Positions 24,059-34,616 of a DNA stretch of 63,502 bases are shown here, piece after piece. Location: positions 1 through 63,502 of the forward strand of contig JAUCBJ010006624.1 of the NCBI GenBank assembly GCA_032718475.1. Reading direction: 5' to 3'. This DNA comes from Nemertoderma westbladi (Eukaryota; Animalia; Xenacoelomorpha). The notes under the pieces were generated by a model. That model was given only the letters and a program-made list of their open reading frames with translations. It was not told where the DNA came from and made no database searches. Position 1 is the stretch's first letter. Every line of letters begins with the position of its first letter. The translations under genes and the position numbers were made by a program.

Positions 24059-26522
24059 CTAGAAAGCCAGTGGCCCTTCGGGCCACGGCTTTCTAGTTCA
24101 CAAGCCTATTCACCATTCCAAACATTAATTCTGTAATTAATTAATTAACTTAACTTAACAAAACGTCACATGATTGACTGTTCTCTCAAACAAAATTTCT
24201 GAAGCTATTTTACTACAAACTACTATGTACAACATAAGGCTTGTTGTATATACTGTAGTAAATGCCTACCAAGTATCATTTCCAAAGGATTACAAAATAG
24301 TAAAAATATGGAAAAAGGTTAAACTGTAGAACATCCTCGTAAACACAACCTATACTGTAGTTTATTTAGTTTAGTAGGTACTGTACAGTAATTTTAGATC
24401 GCTGCCAAGAATCAACTCTAAAGAATTTAAATGGGAGAAGGATTTCACTTTCAGATAATTCGTCCCCTAGTGGCGGACTGGAGAACTGCAGAGTGGTCAA
24501 CGTCCTTCCCAAAGACGCAGCCAATGATGTAGTACAGTAGACCTCTGCCAAGTATCAGCCTAAATGCATTTTTAATAAATAAATGTGAGAATGTTTTCAC
24601 TTTTCAGACATTTCGCACCCTAGCAGTATACTGGAGAACTGCAGACTGGTTAGCATCCGCCCCAAACACACAGCCTATGTATGGTGTAGTACCTTTCCCA
24701 AATATAAGAAAAAAAGCATTAGAAACAACGAAATGGAAGAAGGTTTTCATTTCAGACATTTCACCCTCGAGCGGCAGACTGAGAAATTGCAGATTGGTCA
24801 GAGTTCTCCTCAAACACGCAGTCTATGGTGTAGTAGACCTCTGCCAAGCATCAGCCTAAAAGCATTATAAACATCGAAATGGGAGAGGGTTTTCACTTTC
24901 AGACATTTTGCCCCCTAGCGGCCGAATGGAGAACTGCAGTTTGTTCGGCGTCCTCCCCAGATACACGCCCTATGGTGTAATACACATCTGGCAAGTGTCA
25001 GCCTGAAAGCATATTAATAACGAAATGGGATAAGGTTTTCACTTTCAAGACATTTGGCCCCCTAGCGGTAAACTGGATAAATGCAGACTGGTTCTAGCTC
25101 CTCCCCAAATACACAGCCTATGGTGTAGTAGACCACTGCCAAGTAACAGCAAAAAAGCATTATAAACAATAAAATGCATAAAGGTTTTCACTTTCAGATA
25201 TTGCGCCCCCTAGCGGCAGACAAGAACTATTGCAGATTGGTCAGCGTTCTCCATAAACACGCAGTCTTTGATGAAGTAGACCTCTGACAAGTATCAGCCT
25301 AAAAACATTATAAACATAAAATGGGATAAGGTTTTCACATTCAGATATTCGCCCCCTAGTGGCCGAATAGAGAACTGCAGGTTGTTCGTCGTCCTCTCCA
25401 GACACACACCCTATGGTGTAATACACATCTGCCAAGTGTCAGCCTAAAAGCATTAAAAACAACGAAACGGGTGAAAGTTTTCACTTTCAAACATTGCGCC
25501 CCCTACCGGCAGACAGAGGAATTGTAGATTATTCAGAGTTCTCTACAAACACGCAGTCTATGGTGTAGTAGACTTCTGCCAAGTACCAGCAAAAAAGCAT
25601 TATAAATAACGAAATGGGTGAATGTTTTCACTTTCAGACATTGCGCCCCCTAGCGGCAGACAGAGGAATTGCAGATTGGCCAGAGTTCTCCACAAACACG
25701 CAGTCTATGGAGAGTAGATCTCTGCCAAGTATCAGCAAAAAAGCCTTAGAAACAACGACATGGGAAAAGGTTTTCACTTTCGGATATCTCTCCCCCTAGC
25801 GGCGGACTGGGGAATTGAAGATTGGTCAGCATCATCCGCAAACACACAGCCTATGGTGTAGTATACCTCTGCCACGTATCAATTAAAAGGCCTTAATAAT
25901 AACGAAATGGGAAAAGGTTTTCAGTTTCGCACATTTCGCCCCCTAGCGGCAGACAGGAGATCTGCAGATTGATCAGTGTCCTCCCAAACACGCAGTCTAT
26001 GGTCAGGAACATATCTGCAAAGTATCATTTATCATATTATATTATATTCATTATCACAGATTGAGACTGATGGTGTAACCGGTTGATCAGTAATTTGGCC
26101 GAAAATGGTTATGGTACAGTATAGCCCAATTTGACCACAATAATACGCCTTCACGCATAAATGATACATAAAATTAGCCTCGATATAACGACGTTTTGCG
26201 TCCATGTTCTCGGGGCAGTCTGCATCACGTAGATGTGCATCAAAAAGTACCATAATAGTCGTGACCCAACATGTAGAGTGACAGAATGAACTGCTAGGCC
26301 TAACTGCGCTACCGGTACCAAATTCACGAAATCTGCATTCACGCAAACAAACGCGTAAAATAAGACTCGAGATAGCGACAGTGCACGTGCTCGTGACGAG
26401 AGCTTTCGTTCGATGTATCGCGAGCTCCGATTGGTGCTTGTGTGTAGAAACGTATAGCTTGGACAGACAAGCAGACAGACAGACAGACAGACAGACAGAC
26501 ACATGATATTTATATATATAGA
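24059..26522 (-). mobile_element. Non-autonomous Helitron H3, H1-like
   Basis: CTAG and hairpin at 24059, 5' A|TC boundary at 26523/26522. The 5' unique segment is shared with H1 (about 26245-26520 versus 21585-21868). Confidence 0.82.
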
Positions 26523-28440
26523 TAGATGTATAGGCTACTGTATATAGCTTACAGATAACGAAAAAGAGCCCTTACTTACCCGTAGCTAGGGCGAAAGTCA
26601 TACCCGATATATGTGTTGGCCCCAAACTTGTGTTGCTTGTTGCTCTATGTTGCTATGGTAACTGACTTAAAAATGTGTCCATTAAACTCCCCATACACGA
26701 TATAGTACTGATTTCTGTGGATCCAATGGCCACAAAGTTGTTTGTTTACCCATTGCTAAGGAGAAAGTCACTGTTGCTATGGTAACTGTGACTTAAAAAT
26801 GTGTCCATTAAATTCCCCATACACGATATAGTACTGATATGTGTTGGTCCCATGATCATAGAGTGAAATGAAGTAACACTTCCTACTTGGCCTCTTATTT
26901 TTTTGAGGGCAGCTCTGTGTCCAGGCCTGTTATTTTATGAAGGCCCTGGGAGAGTTCAATAAATTTTCATTTGCTGCAATTTGGTCAATGGACGTAATTG
27001 AAGCATCCTCGTTAAGTAAGATACAAAATTTTATGGTAGCTAGTGTCCTAGCATCCTACTTCCCTCTATAAATATTTTGTAGTAGCTAGTTCTTGTTACT
27101 ATTTATTTATATAGAAAATGTTTCAGAATAGTCGAGTAGACGCTTGGTACATTTTACTGACGAACCGTTCTCCAGCGTATGACTGCAATTTTATTTGCTC
27201 ATGATGTTGTTCCACATTATAATAATAAATTTTCGCTATAAAGACTTTGGGAAAGGTTGAGCAATTTTTTTTACTGCAGTTTGTTTGGAGGATAAAATCA
27301 TAACAAAATTACCAAAAAAATGTTAATCCCTGTAGAGAATGTGTTAGCAACTACATTAAACATTCTAGAATATTATGTTATTATGATTCAAAATGCAGTA
27401 ATAACACTTAGGCAATGAAAATTTATTATGATTCCAAATATTGCAGTAATAAGTTACATTTAGGCAATGAAAATGACCTTAAAGAGAGTTGGAGGCGACG
27501 AGTGCTTTGACTAAAATAACTAAAAAATATTGTGATTAATAGTGACATTTAGTTTTGAGAAAGATTGCCTTATCTGGATCTACCGCCTTATGTAAGGCGA
27601 TAAATCCAAAAAATCCAAAAGATGGAAACGCTAGAAAAATGCAGCGATAGCAATATGAGAAAGGACTTTTGCCATTTGCGAAACAAGATTGCCACGATAC
27701 GAAGAATTAGCTGCAAATTTGAAGATTCCGTTGGATTTGGGAGATGGTGAGCTTGAAGACCTAACTATTTTGGGAATCCGATTCTATCGAAGTTGTTACG
27801 TCAATTTTACAGGTAATATACTTAATGTACACCACCATTTACAGTAATATATAGAATATTGTATAACATTTGTATTTTCGCTTTACAATTGTTGTTGGAA
27901 AAGAATTTTAAAACGTCTCCATCCAATCTAATCTAGCCACGGCCCTATCAAGCATTATTGATCATTTTATAATACTTTTTATGTGGCTATTTTTAATTTT
28001 TGTTACATATAAATGTTCTGGAACATATTGCCGTTACCCAACATGTATACAATATTATTGTTGCTCATATTTTTAAAATATTTCAGATTTTATTTATTTA
28101 TTTTAAAATATGGCAGATTTTTTTGTTATGATGGAAATATTTTTTCAACTTTATTTGTTTATAACATATGCCTATTTTAAAAAAATGTGAATAAAACGCA
28201 ACATAAAAGAGCAACATTCTCTATGTGAGGTCTAATTCTATATAAAATAATTTTGGGCATTACTATGTTATGGGTACCCACTTTTTAAACAAATTTTTTC
28301 ATATAAAAATGGCTTTTATCATGAGGTTTTTTGTTCTAGAACAAATATTTAACTTTCTGCCAGTATGATGGTAGCTAGTACTTTTGATTTTGTGTTAGCT
28401 ACAGTAGTACTATTTATTAGCTAGTAAATGTAAGATATAC

Positions 28441-28622
28441 GGCATCACGACATTAGTTCCAAAGTACCTTAGTTCCAAAGCGTCATTAGTTCCAATTCGG
28501 AAACGTCATTAGTTCCAAAGGGGGTGTCATTAGTTCCAAAGAGTCGTTAGTTCCAAAGCGAAGTGTCGTTAGTTCCAAAAGGGGTCGTCGTTAGTTCCAA
28601 AGAGGGTGTCATTAGTTCCAAA
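28441..28622. repeat. About 20-bp tandem repeats with core TTAGTTCCAAA (9 copies), probable left terminal repeat region of the MULE
   Basis: The tandem repeat is seen directly. The link to the MULE end is inferred from its position upstream of the transposase start. Confidence 0.6.
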
Positions 28623-29090
28623 GAAAATTCTACTGTATAATTATATACTGATAGTTAAATCAAAAAAACCTGAATGCTTGAGTACATTACCGGTATCCGG
28701 TTCTAGTCAGGAAGTCCATACCGTATGAATATGAATGCTTGTGTACATTACCGGTATCCAGTTCTAGTCAGGAAGTTCATACCGTACGAATACCGTAATA
28801 GACACCAGAATGCAGAATGCTTGAGTACCGGTAATAGCTAGAAAGAGCATGATATCAAAAAAACTATTATTTGAATAGTTTTCGTTGGATATAGACATAG
28901 GCATTCATAATAGAGATACTGTACCGGTCGGTACCGGTAGAGTGCATAATATATAGGCCTTCGGTATAATTTTGCACATCATTATTAATTTATTATCACT
29001 TTAGTACCGGTAGCCTATATCTGTAGGTCTAGTGTATAGCATACTGTTAGGCCTTAGCCATAAGCACATATACACAAGGTTTAATCCACC

Positions 29091-31340
29091 ATGGCTCAAG
29101 AAGACTTTGGCTCATTCGAAGCATTCACCCAAAACTCTAAATCCGGAAAACACCCGTTGCTGTCATATCCTTGCGGAAATGGTCAGATTCTGCAATTCAT
29201 GTTCAAAGCGAAAACGGAGAATGCATTATACTACACGAAGTGGGGCCTTCGCGCAGCACGTGACTTAAATTTAATTTAAGTACTAATTCGAAAGTATTAC
29301 TGTATTAGCAAATTTTAAGCAGATTTCGCCTAATCACTTTTTACCTCTTTCATTTCTATTCAGACATTTCTGACTCTAGCGGTATAGTGAGAACTGAAGA
29401 TGGATTAGGGTCTCCAGCCCCACAAAGACACAGCCTATGGATGAATAGTACATACGTACATCGGCCAAGTTTCATCTTGAATAACGGATAACGAAATGAG
29501 AGACGGATCTCACTTTCAGAAATTTCGTCGTATAGCGGCAGACCGATTAAATCTCCCCCCCCCCCCCCCCCACAAAGACGCAGCATGTGGTCCAGAATAT
29601 ATGGCAAGATTCAGCTTAAACTGATTAAAATCAATGAGACGGGAGAATCTATTCACTTTCAGGCATAAAGTAGTCCTATAGCGGGTGACTGTTGAACTGA
29701 TTTTCAACAAAACAAATTTTCAACTTGGCAGCTTTAAATTCGACAAAGTTATAAGCATGTCAATATCATAACGACGACAACGATTTCACTTTCAGACATT
29801 TGGCCCTCTAGCGGCAGACTGGAAAACTGCAGATGGATTCGCCTCCTTTGAAAGTCACAGCTAATGGTCTAATACATATCTGCCAAGTTTCAGCTTAAAC
29901 GGATTAAAAGCAAAGAAATGGGAGGGCATTTAATGTTTAGACATGTGGCCCTCTAGCGGGAGACCATTGCACTGATGGTGTCTGAAAGTCTCTCAAAAAT
30001 CTCAACTTTAGCTCATATTGATACCTACAAATTTTCAACTTGGCAGCTTTAAATCCGACAAAGTTATTAGCATGTCAAAATCGTAACGACGACAACGATT
30101 TCACTTTCAGACCTTTGGCCCTCTAGCGGCAGACTGGAGAACTGCAGATGGATTCGCCTCCTTTGAAAGTCACAGCTAATGGTCTAATACATATCTGCCA
30201 AGTTTCAGCTTAAACGGATTAAAAGCAAAGAAATGGGAGGGCATTTAATGTTTAGACATGTGGCCCTCTAGCGGGAGACCATTGCACTGATGGTGTCTGA
30301 AAGTCTCTCAAAAATCTCAACTTTTGCTCATATTGATACCTACAAATTTTCAACTTGGCAGCTTTAAATCCGACAAAGTTATTAGCATGTCAAAATCGTA
30401 ACGACGACGACGACGACGACGACGACAACGACGACGACGACGACGACAATGACGACGACGACAACTATTTGCATAAATTGACCCACCCCCTAACAGTGTC
30501 AATTCGCTAAGGCTCCGCCAACTTCGTGGCTCGCCCCACAAGTGCAAATTGTGCAAGCTAGCGAAAGATGGGGACCATTCTCTTCCACCACCTCCATGCA
30601 TCACGGTTAAAGGCGATAGAATTATGGTTGACCCGGTGAACCCGAATCGTCCGCACTACTGCGCAGCTCTTGGTAAGGAAAACGTTGCCGCTCAGCAAAT
30701 AGATCGAAAGACGAGACAGGTGATTCGTAGTACCGGGAAGCGCCCTCGGGTCGCCTATAATGATGCTCTAGCTGAGATCCAGAGTTCCCATCCGGATTTA
30801 GAAGAGTTTGAAAGGCAGGCTATTGAGGATAAAATGCCCTCCTTTAACTCCGTACAAAGGTCCTATCAGCGAGGTCGCCGTCGAAGTGTTCCAAAAGTGG
30901 AGGATATTTTCAACATTCCATTTGCTCTAACGCTAACGCACAGGGGGCGTTTTGCCAATCCGGGGGATGCTTGTCAAAACGAATTACTCATGGTTTATCG
31001 TCCACAACATCCTGAAGATCCTAAGATTATAATACTCTCTGCCATGCCTGATTTTGCACGCCTCTTAAGATCACGGCACATTGTCATGGATGGTAACTTT
31101 AAATACCAACCAATAGTTCCCTATCCATTTGAACAACTCTACACTATACATGGATTTATTCCAGATAAAGACAACAATCTCGAGTCTATTCCACTTGTCT
31201 ATGCTTTGCTACCAAACAAGGAACAACAAACGTATATGTACTTGTTCGAGCGGATCCGGGAGAATTTGCTTTTAGTGCCTGGTTGTCACGAGATTCCTGG
31301 AGTTTCGTGGCACTTGGACTTCGAGCAGAGTGCCATTAAT
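29091..31340 (+). pseudogene. MULE/Mutator-family transposase, interrupted and 3'-truncated
   Basis: Joining 29091-29234 to 30540 gives ...ALYY-K-CKLCK...PCITV...DP...HYC, an N-terminal zinc-finger-like region. MULE motifs follow: MDGNFK, QLYTIHG, PLVYALLPNKEQQTY and DFEQSAIN. The BEL LTR cuts it at 31341. Confidence 0.85.
29236..30539. mobile_element. Non-autonomous Helitron/Helentron-associated (HINE/DINE-1-like) element inserted in the MULE ORF
   Basis: Interrupts the codons between YY and KC with no clear TSD. Has GTGGGGC/GCCCCAC near its ends, monomers related to the 147-bp family with 315-bp periodicity (29714, 30029, 30344), an (ACG)n tract at 30402-30461 and a short terminal hairpin. 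Confidence 0.6.
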
Positions 31341-31885
31341 ACGTAAAAGCTCGATACTCTTGAAAACAGTGTCGCTACCATGACGACGGCTAGCAGCTGA
31401 TATTGCCACGTCGACGTTTCTTTGTTTCTTTGTTCTCTCGTTGTTCAGGTTGACCAATCAGAGCGTTTGTTGTCTCTGTGTTGGAGGTATATACAGAAAC
31501 TCAGTAGTTCAGTGTTATGTTTTTGCCCAGAGCCTAAGAACCGGCTTTTGGCACCTCCGTGTTTTCAGTTTTTAGTCTTACACTAGTAGGTTTAATTATA
31601 AGGACATATATCCTTTAACCTGGCTTTTAATCGCTGCTAACTGATCATACATACTGACTGCTGAAACATTGCAAACTCATAACAATCAGTGTTCAGTTGT
31701 TGTTTTATACTGCTATTTACTGTCAGTTCTTCATAATATGGTTGATGAATTATTATATTTGGAATAACGATAAATAACCCCGAAACCCAATATTCTTGAT
31801 ATACCGAAGGTAAGAGAGAAGGGTTACAGATAAACGATTGTGACTTATGTTAAAGTGGTTTGAAGTGAATCTAATGTTATTTGAT
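31341..31885 (+). repeat. Partial 5' LTR of copy A
   Basis: Near-identical to 46057-46603 of the 3' LTR. Lacks the first 176 bp or so and the last 488 bp or so. Confidence 0.9.
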
Positions 31886-31948
31886 TCGAGAGACCACTTC
31901 ACTCCTCTAGACTCGAGCGTACCTTGTTCCTATTTCCTCGAACAACCG

Positions 31949-32350
31949 ATGATGGAAATATATTGTGCTTATTGCCGGCTTAATAACTCTCATATATTTG
32001 CCGTCTGCCCACAATTTATGACTCAATGTCACTACTGCCAACTTAAAGGACACCAAAGTTACAACTGTCCCTTTAATCGCGATTTAGAGAGCGTAGACGA
32101 GATGATCACCCTGCGATACATCCGAGCTTGGGAAGCGAACGCCGATTTACATTGCGAATCCCGACATCGCTATTACCCTGGACGAGCTTACGAGGGAGTT
32201 TACGCGTTCCATCCTTATCTATTCGTGTCGATTGAACAGAAAACACGCGTACCAAGTTACGAGTTAATGAAGCGTGTTGGTGAGTGTATTTCCACCAAGT
32301 TTGTCAGGAAATACCTGAGAAACGTTAACCCTAATGATATAACCACATGA
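31949..32350 (+). CDS. Small double zinc-knuckle (CCHC) ORF in place of U5
   Basis: CAYCRLNNSHIFAVC and CHYCQLKGHQSYNC. 133 aa from ATG 31949, open from an LTR ATG at 31847. Not present in the other LTR copies. Confidence 0.6.
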   Translation: MMEIYCAYCRLNNSHIFAVCPQFMTQCHYCQLKGHQSYNCPFNRDLESVDEMITLRYIRAWEANADLHCESRHRYYPGRAYEGVYAFHPYLFVSIEQKTRVPSYELMKRVGECISTKFVRKYLRNVNPNDITT

Positions 32351-32360
32351 CATAACCACA

Positions 32361-32372
32361 TTAAAGGATATA
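32361..32372 (+). promoter_or_regulatory. Primer-binding-site position of copy A (TTAAAGGATATA), not tRNA-type
   Basis: Homologous to the 12 nt abutting the 5' LTR of copy B. Lacks TGG and is the exact reverse complement of the LTR 12-mer TATATCCTTTAA (31607-31618, 46323-46334). Confidence 0.75.
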
Positions 32373-32376
32373 GCTT

Positions 32377-32555
32377 CTTTATTGCAGTAAGCAATAAAGT
32401 TGAAAATACCGGTCAACCGGTAAACTTGAACCGGTACTTCTGTAGGTCAGTAGGCCCAACTGCAAGAACCGGTACTGCTGTAGGTCCGTAGGTCCAACTG
32501 CCAGAACCGGTACTTCTGTAGGTCCGTAGGCCTAACTGTCCTAACCGGTACTTCC
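32377..32555 (+). repeat. Leader hairpin plus 38-bp tandem repeats containing the ACCGGT palindrome
   Basis: CTTTATTGC-AGTAA-GCAATAAAG at 32377-32399. AACCGGTAC at 32429, 32467, 32505 and 32543. Conserved in copy B (about 58548-58724). Confidence 0.85.
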
Positions 32556-32733
32556 CGTATAAGTACATTAGTATTATTCGATTTGATTGTTGTATACCGG
32601 TAGGTCTTAATACTTAATCGGGGAACGGCCGCCCTGGTTTTTTATTGAGATTTTACTTATTTCTGTCAAGTTTTATTTGTTTGTAGGCCAGTATTGAACA
32701 GAAGACGTGTAAGCCTGATCAGATTGTACAGAC

Positions 32734-33305
32734 AATTTGTAGGCTGAGCTGTTGTCTGATTGCTGTTAAGTCTGAACGGATTGCAGTGTGTGTAGATCAC
32801 CTGTCCGATTAAGTACGGTTAGGAAGTAGGGGCAGCGAACGCTGTAAGGTAAACCCCCAACTAAAGAATAAGTCGTACTACTGGGTTAGAACGCATACTC
32901 CCTAATCATTTCGGAGTCTGCATGTCCTGTAGTTTATTTAGGCTTGAGAGTAGTCTGCCATCGTTTAGTCTGTACTTTGTTTGTGTAAGTCTGTACGGGT
33001 AGCGTATAATTTTATTTAGATAATTTGTAGGCTGGATAGTTGTCTGGCTGTTATTAGGTCTGAGCGGATTGCAGCGTGTGTAGATCACTTGTCCGATAAA
33101 GAACGGTTAGGAAGTAGGGGCAGCGAACGCTGTAAGGTAAACCCCCAATTAAAGAATAAGTCGTACTACTGGGTTAGAACGCATACTACCTAATTATTTC
33201 GGAGTCTGCATATACCGTAGTTTGTTTAGGCTTGATAGTAGTCTGTCAGTGTTCGGTCTGCATTTTGTTTGAGTGGTTTGTACGCGTAGCGTAATATTTA
33301 TTATT
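32734..33305 (+). repeat. About 288-bp diverged tandem duplication in the leader of copy A
   Basis: AATTTGTAGGCTG... begins at 32734 and 33022. Copy B has a single unit. Confidence 0.85.
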
Positions 33306-34616
33306 CAGAGTTTATGCGATTATCCGCAACATTCATTCCCCAAGTTTGTTCCTACAGTAATTGTGTTTGTTATACATACCGCTATAGTTAAATTAACCCC
33401 GGTACTACACGGGCTGCTTGGCGTAGGTAAAGACTGGAGATTTTGTGCATCGGTCACTCCAGCAGATGCCGTGGTTCTTTTAGCTGTTCAAGTATATTTA
33501 ACTACTGATTATCTGTTGTACAAGTACTCGTACCTAATTTAGGGTTTAGTGTACAGTGCTTTCCGAGAGTAATTAGTGTAGGCATTATATTTGTGTTGTA
33601 AAGTGGTTGATAGGCACGTTCGATTAGCTCTATTAACTTCTAGGTAGGAACACTCCGTGATACATAACGTAGAACCTATAGCGATACGGCTATAGGTCGT
33701 CAGGCGGTGGTATTTTCCTATCTGGACAACGCAGTGTATTTACTACTACGTATTATTTTCAAATAACCGCAGTACCCTGTCCGTTGTAATAACCAGTTTT
33801 CTAACTCTTTGTTAGGCTGGTTTGTAGACTTCTTGTAAAATTACCCTAAAAATTCGTATTTTGTGTTTTTTGTAAATTTTTGTGTTTATTTAGAGATTGT
33901 AATCTCACCCGAATTGTACGTAATTTGTAGTATTAAGTAACTTAGGTAAATTATAATTATTTGTTTTAGAGTCCTATAAGTAACACTTCACTAAAAGCGC
34001 ACCGCTTTGCGTAGTGATTACCCCCCAGAAATAATAACATTTATTTCAACATTGACAAAACCCATTAAAACGGGTATATATATAATATAAATCAAATCTA
34101 ACGATTTATAAATAGTAGGCCTACCATACAACCATTAGGTCTCAATATCAGTTGGACTACTGCTCAAATAACGGTAAGAAAGTAAGTAAAGTAACAAAGT
34201 AACCCTAAAATTCAGAAATTCAATTATTTAAAATAATTGATATACCAGTATTTACGATAGGCCTATTATCTTTATTTCTATAAATTTAGGCTGAAATTAT
34301 ACCGGTACTTGTAATTAATTCTAGTCCAGAATTATATATACTACAAATTGTAAGCTGTATACCGGTATTCCCGATAGGCCTATTATATATTTATATATAT
34401 TTGTGCTAAAATTATACCGGTATTCTGAGATAAACCTAGTCTGTAATAATACTTATATATACTATAAGCATACCGGTATTTTAATATATTATATATATAT
34501 CACGCTACACTGAGTAGCAGTATCGGTAATTAATTACTAGGCTAGCAGTTAATACTGAATTACTAGACTTGCTTAGACTGTAATATAGCAGTAGGCATTC
34601 AACTGTACATACAAAT

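Larger units (their letters stand above)
15387..26948 (+). mobile_element. P-superfamily (THAP9/P-like) DNA transposon with about 8.3 kb of nested Helitrons
   Basis: Perfect 71-bp TIRs starting CAGGGCCTTCATAAAATAAC (15387-15457 and 26878-26948), 7-bp TSD GGAGAGT (15380-15386 and 26949-26955), and an internal THAP transposase. Confidence 0.93.

Noticed and set aside
30350-30604. Poly-Arg protamine-like ORF
   Set aside because: It is the translation of the (ACG)n microsatellite at the end of the inserted element.
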